DNA of 63,647 bases from a virus (Duplodnaviria > Caudoviricetes): the IMG/VR virus record IMGVR_UViG_3300032080_000005, positions 1 to 63,647 of that record; one strand, 5' to 3'. Under the pieces are notes generated by a model that saw nothing but the letters and a program-made list of their open reading frames with translations, was not told the origin of the DNA and ran no database searches. The position numbers were made by a program, and so were the translations under genes. Of the stretch, positions 7,384 to 17,478 are shown piece after piece (positions within the stretch are counted from its first letter, which is position 1; every line of letters begins with the position of its first letter).

Positions 7384-7781
7384 TGGAGGAGACGACCACC
7401 CCACTCGGCGACGACCTGGAGGTCGTCTTCGAGAAACACATCGCTGTCTCGCTGACGACTATCAACCCTGAGCTGCTTCACGATGCGAAGCTGGAGCAGT
7501 CGGCGTTGACCAACTTCGTCGCGGGGCAGCTCGTCTACCGGCTGGAAAAGCTGATCTACGCGCACCCGCTCGGCCGCATGGTGGTCGAATACCCCGCCAC
7601 GCCGTGGGAGCATTTCCGGGAGACGTACTTCCCGAAGACCGCAGTCGGCCGCTGGTTCCTGAAGCGCAAGCCGGTACGGAAGACGGCCGTCGTGAAATCG
7701 GCGTTCGCCTCCTTCCCCGAGGCGCACATCGCCTGGCCGCCGTCGTTGGGTCCGGTTACGATCCAGCTCCGCGACCTCTAA
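7383..7781 (+). CDS. hypothetical protein
   Basis: TGATG coupling. Confidence 0.7.
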   Translation: MEETTTPLGDDLEVVFEKHIAVSLTTINPELLHDAKLEQSALTNFVAGQLVYRLEKLIYAHPLGRMVVEYPATPWEHFRETYFPKTAVGRWFLKRKPVRKTAVVKSAFASFPEAHIAWPPSLGPVTIQLRDL

Positions 7782-7783
7782 GT

Positions 7784-9571
7784 ATGGCCGCACGCCTGAT
7801 CCAAGGGGACGATGTCCTCCTCGTCAAACTCGGTGGGACGAAAGACGAGTTCGCCGCCCAACTTGCCCGCGTCAAATCTATGGCGGGCAAGCGGTACAAC
7901 CCCAACCACCCCGAGCACGGGAAGGTCTGGGAAATCCCGGACGACGACACCGCCCTGCTGAAGCTCGTCTCGACCGTTGAGCCGGACATGCCGCCGGGGC
8001 TGCTGGCGCGCGTCCGCTCGGCGCGGCAGGAGCAGGCCAGCGAGCTGGTCACGCAGATTCCCGACGACGCGGAGCTGTCTGTGCCGTGGGCCGACCGGAT
8101 GGCGGGGAAGCAGCGGGCGGGCGTCAACTTCATGCTGGAGACGGCGCAGGGCCACGCGATCCTCGCCGACGACATGGGCGGCGGGAAGACCGTGCAGGCC
8201 ATCAGCGCGGTCTACGAGTCGTGGGCGCGCGAAAACGGTGATGCCCCCTTCACCGGCCGCGTCCTGGTCATCGCTCCGGCGTCCGTGCTTGACCACTGGC
8301 GCCGCGAGCTGAAGAAGTGGGCGGACGTGCCCGACGAGAAGATCGTCATCGTGGATGCCTCCGGCTCGAAGGCCGCCGAGAAGCGCGCCGAGCAGATCGC
8401 CGCCGTCCCCGAGGGCGGCTGGTGCCTCGTGAATTGGGAGAAGCTACAGAAACGGGTGAAACTCGCGGGCGCCTCCGCGAAGAAAAAAGGCCCGATAGAC
8501 AAAGTCAAATGGTACGGCGTCATCGCTGACGAGGCGCACCGCGCCAAGAACCACGACTCCCAGCAGAGCAAAGCTCTCCGGCGCCTGCGGGCGCCAATCC
8601 AGATTGCGGCCACCGGCACGCCGGTCATGAACAACCCCGGCGAGCTGTACGCCCTGCTTGCCTGGCTGCGGCCGGAGCAGTACACGTCCTATTGGGCGTT
8701 TTACTACTCCTACACTGAGTTCTACAAGGGCTTCCAGAACCGCGACGTTATCATCGGCGTCAAGAACGCCGACGAGTTGCGGTTCGAGCTGTCGGACAAG
8801 ATGGTGCGCCGGACGAAGCGGGAGATTCACCCGGACATCCCGGAGCCGCTGGACCCCATCATCTACGAACCGCCGATGGGAGCGAAGCAGGCGAAAATCT
8901 ACGCGGAAGCCGAAAAAGACTTCTGGTTCGAGATTGCGCAGGCGCCAGACATCAGCAAGGAGCAGAAGCTCCAGATGGTCGAGGCGCTGGAAGACGAGGC
9001 CATCAGCATCGAGACGGTGAAGATGATGATCCCGAACGCGGCCGCCCGCACCATGCGTCTGCGGCAGGTCGCCACGTCGCCCGCCATCCTTGGCGGCGAG
9101 GACGTGTCGTCCAAGCTGGACGAAGCGGAACAGATCGTCCTCTCCAACGGCATCGACCAGCCGTTCGTCTGGTTCGCGTGGTTCAAGGACACCGTCGATC
9201 TTCTGGTGCATCGCTTCAAGGAACTCGGCGCCGACGCGCGGGGCTTCCACGGCGGAAACTCCTCGCGGGAGGACCGCGCCGAAATGGCGGCCGCCTTCCA
9301 GGCCGGGGAGTTCTCCATCATCGCGGCGACCATCAAGACGGGCGGCACGGGCATCGACCTGTTCCGCGCGGCCGACTGCGGCTTCATCGAGGAGGATTGG
9401 GTGCCGGGCGAAAACCAGCAGGCATTCGACCGCGTTGACCGGAAGGGTCAGACCTTCCACCCACAGCGCCATATCCTTCGCGCGCCTGATACCGTGGATG
9501 TAGGAAAGATAGCGCCCAAGCTGGCGACCAAGCAACTGATCGTCGAGACGATTACGGGAGGTATGGAATGA
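7784..9571 (+). CDS. SNF2-family DNA helicase
   Basis: LADDMGGGKT, DEAH, ATGTPVMN, GGTGIDL, QAFDRVDRKGQ; start set at ATG 7784. Confidence 0.92.
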   Translation: MAARLIQGDDVLLVKLGGTKDEFAAQLARVKSMAGKRYNPNHPEHGKVWEIPDDDTALLKLVSTVEPDMPPGLLARVRSARQEQASELVTQIPDDAELSVPWADRMAGKQRAGVNFMLETAQGHAILADDMGGGKTVQAISAVYESWARENGDAPFTGRVLVIAPASVLDHWRRELKKWADVPDEKIVIVDASGSKAAEKRAEQIAAVPEGGWCLVNWEKLQKRVKLAGASAKKKGPIDKVKWYGVIADEAHRAKNHDSQQSKALRRLRAPIQIAATGTPVMNNPGELYALLAWLRPEQYTSYWAFYYSYTEFYKGFQNRDVIIGVKNADELRFELSDKMVRRTKREIHPDIPEPLDPIIYEPPMGAKQAKIYAEAEKDFWFEIAQAPDISKEQKLQMVEALEDEAISIETVKMMIPNAAARTMRLRQVATSPAILGGEDVSSKLDEAEQIVLSNGIDQPFVWFAWFKDTVDLLVHRFKELGADARGFHGGNSSREDRAEMAAAFQAGEFSIIAATIKTGGTGIDLFRAADCGFIEEDWVPGENQQAFDRVDRKGQTFHPQRHILRAPDTVDVGKIAPKLATKQLIVETITGGME

Positions 9572-9915
9572 GCGATTTCTCTACGCAGCAGGACGCCGCT
9601 TACCGCGTTGCGCAGGAGGGCCTGGCCTACGCGGTGCAGGACTACTGCGACCCGGAGACGTTCGCCGCCGACCCGAAGCTCGAACAGCTTTGGCGCGCGG
9701 CCGCCCTCGCCTGCAACGAACTGGAGTCCTACCTGGCGCCCTTCGCGCCGGACGAGCTGAGCGACCGGGCCGCCGACATCAAGAAGCTGAAGAAGGACGT
9801 GGCCTACACGATCCAGCCGGACGACATCGCCGAGCTGGAGCAGACTGGATTCGTCACGCTGAAGATGCTGGACGGATCGGAAGTCTCGCTCTCACTAGAC
9901 AAGGAGGGAAAATGA
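9568..9915 (+). CDS. hypothetical protein
   Basis: ATGA overlap, GGAGG RBS. Confidence 0.7.
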   Translation: MSDFSTQQDAAYRVAQEGLAYAVQDYCDPETFAADPKLEQLWRAAALACNELESYLAPFAPDELSDRAADIKKLKKDVAYTIQPDDIAELEQTGFVTLKMLDGSEVSLSLDKEGK

Positions 9916-10157
9916 ATCCGTTTGACCGCGTCCTCGCGTTCTCACAGTTCTTCATGCTGGCCGCCTGGGAGGCGCTGGGCGTCTTCGGCTTCGGCTGGAG
10001 CGGCTGGCTGATCTTGGCCGCCTGGGCTGTGGGGCTGTTCAGCTTCAACATCCTGACGGCGACCGCCGTGCGGACCTACTACAAGCTGGTCCAGCCTCCG
10101 GCGCCTGAGAACATCGTCAACATCGCGCCGAGCGCGGAGGAGGACATTGGTGAGTAA
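9912..10157 (+). CDS. membrane protein
   Basis: AAGGAGG RBS, two hydrophobic segments. Confidence 0.7.
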   Translation: MNPFDRVLAFSQFFMLAAWEALGVFGFGWSGWLILAAWAVGLFSFNILTATAVRTYYKLVQPPAPENIVNIAPSAEEDIGE

Positions 10158-10326
10158 CCTCCCGGTTTACGTCACGCGGAAGACGGCCGCCGGACAGACG
10201 GGTGACTTCTCGTTGTCGCCTGGTCTGGCTGTGTCGGTCTTCCTCCTCATTCTGCTGAACGTCGTGGGCTGGAGCATTTTCGGCCTCGTGGCGCTCGTCG
10301 TGAAGGCGGTGGAGTTCGTTGGCTGA
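10150..10326 (+). CDS. small membrane protein
   Basis: GTG after GGAGG; 58 aa with long hydrophobic segment (hand-translated). Confidence 0.6.
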   Translation: MSNLPVYVTRKTAAGQTGDFSLSPGLAVSVFLLILLNVVGWSIFGLVALVVKAVEFVG

Positions 10327-10735
10327 GGAGCTGCTGGAGACGTTGGCGCGGAGGGTAATCGACCTCCGCGCCAACTACGAGAAAAAGCGGAAGGCGAAGG
10401 TCAGCGCGGAAAAAGACATGAAGCGCGCTGAAGCCGACATGAACGACGCGATGCTGAAAGCCAAGCTGCCGGGTGCCACGCTGGCGCTGGGTGAGGGCTA
10501 CGGCAACGTGCAGTTCAACCGCGAACAGAAGGTCAACTCGTCTGTCTTCGACGAACCGGCCGCGATCAAATACTTCGAGGAACAGGGCCTGCGCGCTGGG
10601 TACGTGGACGAAAAGGTCCGCAAGAAACCCGTCAACCAGCTTGTCCGTGAAGCGCTGGAGAACGGCCAGGAGCTGCCGCCGGGGATCGAGCCGCGCGTTA
10701 CCAAATTCGTCAAGGTCACGAAACGCGGCAAATGA
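10319..10735 (+). CDS. coiled-coil replication/recombination accessory protein
   Basis: N-terminal coiled coil, C-terminal LENGQELPPGI motif; position in replication module. Confidence 0.6.
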   Translation: MAEELLETLARRVIDLRANYEKKRKAKVSAEKDMKRAEADMNDAMLKAKLPGATLALGEGYGNVQFNREQKVNSSVFDEPAAIKYFEEQGLRAGYVDEKVRKKPVNQLVREALENGQELPPGIEPRVTKFVKVTKRGK

Positions 10736-10809
10736 CTTCTTGACAGCAGCGCTAAGCTGTACCTGAGAACAGATTAACTGGTTAACTGATTCACTGAAGG
10801 AGGTAGTAC

Positions 10810-11655
10810 GTGTCTGATTCAACCGCAGTAGAGGAGCGCGCACCAGGCGGAGAGGTAGCAGTTTCCGCCGAGCAGGAAGCCGCGCTCGCGAAGCGCGTCA
10901 AGGGCCAGGTGGACCGGAGCAAACTTCAGCTCCCGGCCATCAAGGTCGTCAACGGCCTGAGCAAGGAGGCGTCCGAGGGCGTCCCGCAGGGCACGCTGGT
11001 CAACTCGCTGACCGGGGAGCAGTACGGGGAGTCCGTGGAGGTCGTCATCAGCGACTTCTACTACGGGCGCTTCTACGCCCCGAAAGGCGGCGGCAAAGCC
11101 TACACCGCTCGCGGTGAGGTCGTGCCGGACAACTGGCCGGAGGAGTACGCCGGGCAGCGGTTCACCGAGCTGGACGACGCCGAGGAGCAGTGGAAACTCG
11201 CCGTCAACAACAACGAGCACCCCTGGGGATCGGGTCCGCCCATCCAGACGACGATTAACTTCGTCGTGACCCTCGCCGAGGCACCGGGCTACCCGCTGCG
11301 GCTCAGCATGAAGTCGAGCGATACCCCGACCGCCAACAAGGTGCTCCAGATGATCGACATGGCGCCCACGCCGTGGGCCTACGTCTACACGATCAGCTCC
11401 GATGGGCGTCAGACGCCCAACGGTTCCGGCACCTACTACGGCTTCAAGGCCGAGCAGGGCGGCACCGCGTCGGACGAGCAGCGCCAGGCGGCGGTGAAAA
11501 TCGCGCTGGCCTTCCAGAGCGCCATCGACTCCGGCGACGGGATCGAGGAGGCGGGCACGGACGACGCCGACGCGAAGTCGCAGGAGAAAGCCGCCAAACG
11601 GGCGAAGGCGGCTGCGAAAGCGAAGGACGACGAGGGGCTGGGGTCCGACATCTGA
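10810..11655 (+). CDS. putative ssDNA-binding/annealing protein
   Basis: Own promoter and AAGGAGGT RBS, acidic C-terminal tail, replication context. Confidence 0.55.
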   Translation: MSDSTAVEERAPGGEVAVSAEQEAALAKRVKGQVDRSKLQLPAIKVVNGLSKEASEGVPQGTLVNSLTGEQYGESVEVVISDFYYGRFYAPKGGGKAYTARGEVVPDNWPEEYAGQRFTELDDAEEQWKLAVNNNEHPWGSGPPIQTTINFVVTLAEAPGYPLRLSMKSSDTPTANKVLQMIDMAPTPWAYVYTISSDGRQTPNGSGTYYGFKAEQGGTASDEQRQAAVKIALAFQSAIDSGDGIEEAGTDDADAKSQEKAAKRAKAAAKAKDDEGLGSDI

Positions 11656-11791
11656 TCCAGCTACACTGAGCACAACTGGTAGAGCTTCGCGGCCCTGTAC
11701 TCAGGGAGTGAAAGATGCGGAGCGGGACGGTGGGTCGTCGGAGGGGACGCCACCACAAACTTAATCGCGCAACATTGGGTAAGGAGGCCGG

Positions 11792-12415
11792 ATGCCAAAG
11801 ATAGTGAGCGTGGACCTGGAGACGACGGGTCTGCTTGATACGCATGAGGTATGGGAGGTCGGGATCGTTCCCGTGGACTCCGGCCGCGAGCCGCTGCACT
11901 ACCAGTTCCAGCCGACCGAGCTGGAGACGGCAGAAGCGGCCGCCCTGAACGTCGGCAAGTTCTACGAACGCTTCGACTGGATCGGCGACCCGCGTCTCGC
12001 GCGGGACATGCTGGTCGAGGGCGTCATCGTGGAGGAGGACGAGGAGACGGAGAAGAAATCCGAAAAGCCCTCCGGCCACAAGGCCGTCACTGGCGCCGCC
12101 GAAGCCTGCTGGAAGATTTGCAAGGAGCTGGAAGGCGCCACCCTGCTCGGCCTCAACGTCGGCAGCTTCGATGCGCCCTTCCTCGCCCGCCTGCTGCGCA
12201 AGTACGGCCACAACCCGACGTGGTCGCATCGCTTCCTCGACCTGGGAAGCTACGCCGCGGGGGCGTGGGGTTCCAAGAACGTCCTCTCCGGCCGCGCCAT
12301 CTGCGACCGCCTGGAGGCGCACGGCGTCGAGAACCGCGAGGCGCACAACGCCTTCGCCGACGCGCAGTGGAACGTGGACGCCTACAACGCGATCCTGGAA
12401 GGGATCGGCGGATGA
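11792..12415 (+). CDS. DnaQ-like DEDDh 3'-5' exonuclease
   Basis: VDLETTG, FDAPFL, HNAFADA. Confidence 0.9.
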   Translation: MPKIVSVDLETTGLLDTHEVWEVGIVPVDSGREPLHYQFQPTELETAEAAALNVGKFYERFDWIGDPRLARDMLVEGVIVEEDEETEKKSEKPSGHKAVTGAAEACWKICKELEGATLLGLNVGSFDAPFLARLLRKYGHNPTWSHRFLDLGSYAAGAWGSKNVLSGRAICDRLEAHGVENREAHNAFADAQWNVDAYNAILEGIGG

Positions 12416-12744
12416 ATTGGGAAGGCTTCACCAACCGCGAGCTGAATATCCTGTTGGGCTGTCAGGAGTATTCTGACGGCGAGACGGCCGCCGAAATCCG
12501 GGGAGTGCTCTCGTGGCGCGGCGGCCGGGATCGGGACGAGTGCTAATGAACATCGACCCCAACAACATCACGCAGGGCGACCTCTGGTTCGCCCGCTTCG
12601 TCTGGCTGTGGATCGGCATCATCATCGGTCTGGTGGCTGGCGGATGAACGACTGGATCGACAACCGCACGGGGTTCCAGATTTACATGTTTGGCCTGATT
12701 CTCGGCATCCTGCTGGGTTTCTGTGTCGCGATGGCGGTCGCCGG

Positions 12745-12960
12745 ATGAAATCGAACCTAGAAAAGCAGCTCTGCGAGGAGCGCGAATCAGCGGAGACGCT
12801 GGTCAACGACACGCACGGCGATGACGTGGTCGAGATTATTTGTTCATTCTCTGACCGGGACTGCATCGCGGACGTGAAACTGAAGGGCGTCGGGTGGATT
12901 CGCTACGAGCTGATTCTCAACGGTGACGACGAGGAGAACGAGTTGCGGAGGATTAGCTGA
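12745..12960 (+). CDS. hypothetical protein
   Basis: Coupled ORF in operon. Confidence 0.55.
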   Translation: MKSNLEKQLCEERESAETLVNDTHGDDVVEIICSFSDRDCIADVKLKGVGWIRYELILNGDDEENELRRIS

Positions 12961-13196
12961 TGGGCGCACTAGCAGATCATCTTGATGGTGAGGGGAAGAC
13001 CCTCGCAGACAATTTCTGTCACGGGTGCAACATTCCGGTCAACGCAATTGGCGCGGAGTATGCTTACGGCAGTCCCGAGCGCTACGACGGTATCAGCGAG
13101 TATCAGTGTCCCGAATGCGGCCGCCGCGAGGGGCGCTGGACCGGCAACGTACTCCAGGACGGCGAGGCAGAGCCGCGGTTTGGAGGGCAGCCGTGA
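12960..13196 (+). CDS. zinc-ribbon protein (paralogue A)
   Basis: CHGC...CPECGRREGRWTG. Confidence 0.75.
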   Translation: MGALADHLDGEGKTLADNFCHGCNIPVNAIGAEYAYGSPERYDGISEYQCPECGRREGRWTGNVLQDGEAEPRFGGQP

Positions 13197-13534
13197 GCGA
13201 AGGCATGTTCGACGGACTCGCCAACGCCCAGCGCCCCCAGCGCAAGCACGAGCCTGCGAAGAAAGACGCCGGGCTGGCTGACGGCTACTGCGCCCGCTGC
13301 GACCAGGCGGTCATGCCGGAGGGCATCTGCTACCCAGAGGGTCATCCCGAGGCGCGCGCTGACGGTGTTCATGAGGTCAGCGAGTGGAAGTGCCTCCGCT
13401 GCGGCCGCCGTGAGGGGCGCTGGACCGGCGCCGTGCTGACGGGCGGCGCCAGCGAGCCGCTGTTCGGTGAGGAAGACGAGTCGAAGATCGCTACCGAGCA
13501 GGCGCAGTTTTATCCGGGGAGCCAGCCGCGGTGA
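13193..13534 (+). CDS. zinc-ribbon protein (paralogue B)
   Basis: GTGA overlap; CARC...CLRCGRREGRWTG. Confidence 0.7.
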   Translation: MSEGMFDGLANAQRPQRKHEPAKKDAGLADGYCARCDQAVMPEGICYPEGHPEARADGVHEVSEWKCLRCGRREGRWTGAVLTGGASEPLFGEEDESKIATEQAQFYPGSQPR

Positions 13535-14523
13535 GGGAGGCAAGCAACGGAGAGCTGCTGGCCCGCCTGTTCGACGGCCGCCGCGACATCTACGGCATCA
13601 ACAAGGGCCGCGTCGAGCGCTGCCAGACCGGCGACTGGACGAGCACGCATTGGGAAACGCTGTTCGACGCCCACGTCGAAGGCAAGGAGGAGGCCGACCT
13701 TGGTGTCTACCTCGTGCGCGACGACGACACCGTCACCTTCGCGGCCATCGACATTGACGAGCCGAACTTCCCGCTCGCCCTGGAGGTCGCCCAGACCATG
13801 CCCGATGCCGTCCCGTGGATCGAGCAGTCGCGCTCTGGTAACTACCACGTCTTCGTCTTCTTCGATGAACCGCTGGAGGCGTACTACGCCCGCGCCGTGC
13901 TGCGCGGAGTCATCATTCACTGCGGCCGCCCGGACCTGGAGATTTTTCCCAAGCAGGACGGCCTACGCGAGGGGATGGTCGGCAACTACATCAGCCTCCC
14001 TTGGCACGGTCACGCGCGGCCCATCGTCTCGTGGCTGCCGGACGCGAAGGACGAGGACGGCCGCCCACGGCCGATCATCGACTCTGAGCCGGAACCGCGC
14101 GAGTGGATGCTGGAAGCGCTGAAGGACCGCACGTCCGCTGAGGCATGGCGCCGCCGCGGCCGCGCGCTCGGTGGCAAGCCGCGGGCGGAAGTCCGCGCTG
14201 GGGAGTTCGGGGAGCGCAACTCGCTCCACGTCTGCGCCAGCCACATCTTCGAGCACCGCCACGACAACCCGCTGGCGGAGGGCCATCGCGCCACGGTGTT
14301 GTTCAACCTGGCGAAAATGTACGCGAACTGTAAGCATTACAGTCAGGAGGAGGCCGAGCGCTTTGTGGAAGCCGTGAACCAGGCCGGGACGAATCCCGTG
14401 CCGACGCGCGAAGTGCAGCGCTTCGTCAACAACGCCTACGAGGGAGGCTTCACCAGCACCGGATGTGACGACCCACTCATGACCCCCTACGTCTCACCTG
14501 ACTGCAAGATCGCCCAGGGCTAA
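13531..14523 (+). CDS. AEP-superfamily DNA primase with C-terminal PriCT-like domain
   Basis: AIDID, SRSGNYH, EIFPKQ, GNYISLP; C-terminal EGHR..LF helical domain. Confidence 0.85.
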   Translation: MREASNGELLARLFDGRRDIYGINKGRVERCQTGDWTSTHWETLFDAHVEGKEEADLGVYLVRDDDTVTFAAIDIDEPNFPLALEVAQTMPDAVPWIEQSRSGNYHVFVFFDEPLEAYYARAVLRGVIIHCGRPDLEIFPKQDGLREGMVGNYISLPWHGHARPIVSWLPDAKDEDGRPRPIIDSEPEPREWMLEALKDRTSAEAWRRRGRALGGKPRAEVRAGEFGERNSLHVCASHIFEHRHDNPLAEGHRATVLFNLAKMYANCKHYSQEEAERFVEAVNQAGTNPVPTREVQRFVNNAYEGGFTSTGCDDPLMTPYVSPDCKIAQG

Positions 14524-14526
14524 TAC

Positions 14527-15672
14527 GTGGATCGCGACTTCGAGAAACAGGCGGCGGATTACTTCGCCGCGCTCCCCGCTGACGACCGCAAGGAGGCGTT
14601 CTCGCGTGTCAACGCGGGCATCAAGCTGACGGCGCCAGTTGAGGAGATAGACCCGCCGCCGCCCATTCACAACCTGAACGAATACTTCGCGATGGACCTC
14701 AAAGAGCCGCCGAGCCTTATCTCGGATTGCCAGGTGGTCCGGGGCGAAATCACGGCGACGATTTCCCGCGCGGGGCTGGGGAAGACGACCCTCCTCACGA
14801 ACCGGATGATGCGGTGGTCGGCCGGGCTGCCGCTGTTCGATGACCAGCCCGACGTGCAGGCGCCCGAGCAGCCGCTCCGGCAGCTCCTGATCGAGAACGA
14901 GGGAAGCGGCTACTACATGCGGGAAAACATGGAAAAGCTCTACGAGCATATCGCCATCACGGACGCGAAGAAAAAACTCTCCGGCGAAAACCTGATGGTG
15001 TGGGGCGACGGTGGCTACACCGGCCTGAAGGTGGACCGCGACGAGGACATCGAACTGATCGAACGGGCGCTTCGCGAACACCGTCCCGACATCCTCTACC
15101 TGGAGCCGTTCCGCGGTATCTGGACGGGCGACGAGAACGACAACTCTGCGATGGAGGAGGTTCTGGACCGGCTTGTCGCGCTGGCAAATGACTTCGAATG
15201 CGGCATCATGCTCAGCCACCACTCCAACAAGGCGCCCGTCGAGGGCGACTGGATGGGCGCCTCCCGCGGCGCCACCGCGCTGGAGGGAAAAGTAGCTGCG
15301 ATGGAGGTCTTCTACGCCGTCCACAACGAAGAATACCGCGAACTTCGTTGGGCCAAGAAGCGCTACGGCAAAAAGCACCGCCCGGCACCGATCCGCATGG
15401 AGTACAAATTCGAGACGCGGTCCCTGGAGCGCATCCCGGACTCCGAGATTGAGCAGGAAGTTCTCAGCTTCCTGAACGCGGAGAACCCGCCCATGTGGTG
15501 GGGCAAGGCGCAGATTGCGGAGGAAGTACAGGAGACGCAGGACCGCATCGACAAGAAAGCTCTACGGCCGCTGCTGGAGCAGGGGCGTATAGTAAAGAAG
15601 AACAAAGAAGGGGAAACGAAGTACCGTTACAAAATCGGCGATGACGACAAGGGAGAGGAGCTTGACTTCTAA
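14527..15672 (+). CDS. RepA/AAA_25-type replicative helicase
   Basis: Walker A AGLGKTT, DENDNSAM, HHSNK, RGATAL; follows the primase. Confidence 0.85.
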   Translation: MDRDFEKQAADYFAALPADDRKEAFSRVNAGIKLTAPVEEIDPPPPIHNLNEYFAMDLKEPPSLISDCQVVRGEITATISRAGLGKTTLLTNRMMRWSAGLPLFDDQPDVQAPEQPLRQLLIENEGSGYYMRENMEKLYEHIAITDAKKKLSGENLMVWGDGGYTGLKVDRDEDIELIERALREHRPDILYLEPFRGIWTGDENDNSAMEEVLDRLVALANDFECGIMLSHHSNKAPVEGDWMGASRGATALEGKVAAMEVFYAVHNEEYRELRWAKKRYGKKHRPAPIRMEYKFETRSLERIPDSEIEQEVLSFLNAENPPMWWGKAQIAEEVQETQDRIDKKALRPLLEQGRIVKKNKEGETKYRYKIGDDDKGEELDF

Positions 15673-15941
15673 TGGATGACAAACAGCCCGACAAGGCACC
15701 TGACAACCTGACCAACGAGTTCAAGGAGCAGATTCAGAAGGCGACGGAGGCGGTCGCCAAGCAGGTCGCATTCTGGAAAGAGTTTTGGAAGGTGTGGATT
15801 CCGGGCGGCCTGCGGAAACGCAAGCGGTATCGGACCCCCGGCCACGGCAAGCGCAAGGGCATTCGGCGCCGGAAGAATAAGGCCGCCAGGATCGCGCGCC
15901 GCGCAAATCGTCGGCCCAAAAAGAAGGGAAGGCGCAAGTGA
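15672..15941 (+). CDS. protein with strongly basic K/R tail
   Basis: TAATG coupling; C-terminal half K/R-rich. Confidence 0.65.
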   Translation: MDDKQPDKAPDNLTNEFKEQIQKATEAVAKQVAFWKEFWKVWIPGGLRKRKRYRTPGHGKRKGIRRRKNKAARIARRANRRPKKKGRRK

Positions 15942-16624
15942 GCGTTGGAGAACAGGCGGCCGCCGCACAGCGGGAAGACCGCCCGACTGCCCCACGGAGC
16001 GACGCGCCGTCCCCACACGAGGACGGCCGCGATCCCTGGAGCAAGGCGGTCGGCAACATCGAGACGGCGTCGGGGCTGCGCTACGACTTCGAGAATCCCA
16101 AGGCGGAGACGATCCTGCTGGAGGACATCGCGCACGCGCTCTCGAACGTGTGCCGCTTCGCCGGGCACATCCGGCGCTTCAACTCCGTGGCTGAGCATTC
16201 GGTCTTGGTCAGCCGGATCGTGGAGGCGTGGGCTGGCGAGGAGTTTGAAGACAGCCAGGCGAATCGTCACGGCATCGTCCGCGCGGCGCTGCTCCACGAC
16301 GCTCACGAGGCGTACATCTGGGACGCGCCGTCGCCGGTCAAGCCGTTGCTCGGTGACACCTTCAAGCATCTGGGGCGCATCGCCGACGAAGCCATCGCGG
16401 CGAAGTTCCTGCGGGAAGGCTATTCGGCCGACACGTTCAAAAATCCCATTATCAAGGCGGCCGACCGTACCGCCCTCGTCGTGGAAGGCCGCGCGCTGCT
16501 GCCGGTCGGACCCACCGATGATGAATGGGAGCCGCTGCCGCCGGGCGTGCAGTGGGACGGCGGCCTGACGCCCCACGAGGCGAAGACTCTATTCCTGCAA
16601 CGTGCAAAGGAGCTGGGACTATGA
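15938..16624 (+). CDS. HD-domain 5'-deoxynucleotidase (YfbR-like)
   Basis: DIAHALSNVCRFAGH, SVAEHS, LLHDAHEAY.D..SPVK. Confidence 0.88.
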   Translation: MSVGEQAAAAQREDRPTAPRSDAPSPHEDGRDPWSKAVGNIETASGLRYDFENPKAETILLEDIAHALSNVCRFAGHIRRFNSVAEHSVLVSRIVEAWAGEEFEDSQANRHGIVRAALLHDAHEAYIWDAPSPVKPLLGDTFKHLGRIADEAIAAKFLREGYSADTFKNPIIKAADRTALVVEGRALLPVGPTDDEWEPLPPGVQWDGGLTPHEAKTLFLQRAKELGL

Positions 16625-17265
16625 AAATCATCGGACTGACGGGACGCGCCCGCGCCGGGAAGGACACGGCCGCCGGAATCGTGATGGAGTGGGTTGAGGC
16701 CCACGGCGCTGACTTCACTATTCGCCAGGGCTTCGCTGACCTGCTGAAGCTCTCGGCGTATCGGGCGCTCGGCGGCTCGCCGGACACTCCACTCGCGGAG
16801 GCCGTGCGGTTCTGCGACGAACTGAAGCAGGACGGCGGCGAGTTGGAGATTACGCTCCCGACTCTCCCGCTGTCGCCGATTCGCTCCTACGCAATCACCG
16901 GGCGGGAATTCCTCCAGCGCTACGGCACGGAGGCCCACCGCGACGTGTTCGGCACGAACTTCTGGGTGGAGGCTCTGTTCGACCACGTAGAGGCCAACGG
17001 ACCCGATTTCGGGTACGACGTGTTGGTCATCCCCGACTGTCGGTTTGACAACGAGGCGGCGGCCGTCGTGGAGCGGGGCGGAGAAGTTTGGGAAGTTACG
17101 CGCCCACGGCACGAGGACGAGTTGAAGTCAGGTGTCGGGCATACCAGCGAGGCGGGCGTCAACCCGGACCTCGTCGCGGCACAGATCGAGAACAACGGAA
17201 CCCTGGATGACTTGACGGCCGCGATAGGCTCGTTGTGCCAGGAGAAATTGGAGGGAGCAGAGTGA
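16621..17265 (+). CDS. deoxynucleoside monophosphate kinase
   Basis: IIGLTGRARAGKDT, FADLLK, REFLQRYGTE, DCRFDNE, HTSE. Confidence 0.92.
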   Translation: MKIIGLTGRARAGKDTAAGIVMEWVEAHGADFTIRQGFADLLKLSAYRALGGSPDTPLAEAVRFCDELKQDGGELEITLPTLPLSPIRSYAITGREFLQRYGTEAHRDVFGTNFWVEALFDHVEANGPDFGYDVLVIPDCRFDNEAAAVVERGGEVWEVTRPRHEDELKSGVGHTSEAGVNPDLVAAQIENNGTLDDLTAAIGSLCQEKLEGAE

Positions 17266-17477
17266 GCAGGGCAATCATCTTCACGGATCAACACGCGCCA
17301 GATGGGCGGACGATTCGCTTCAACGTGGACGAAGGCACCAGGGCGGCCGCCGCTCGGGTGAAGGAAGCCTTCGAGGGCGGCGACATGCTGGAAATCCCAA
17401 ACGAGGTTGAGGGCGAGGAACCCATCTTCGTAAACCCCGAGCGCGTGGCGACCGTTTCGCCGCAGAAGGAGGACTGA
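17262..17477 (+). CDS. hypothetical protein
   Basis: GTGA overlap with RBS. Confidence 0.65.
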   Translation: MSRAIIFTDQHAPDGRTIRFNVDEGTRAAAARVKEAFEGGDMLEIPNEVEGEEPIFVNPERVATVSPQKED

Positions 17478-17478
17478 C

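Noticed and set aside
15938-16624. DatZ / 2-aminoadenine (Z-genome) pathway
   Set aside because: An HD nucleotidase is present, but I recognised no PurZ or other base-modification genes.
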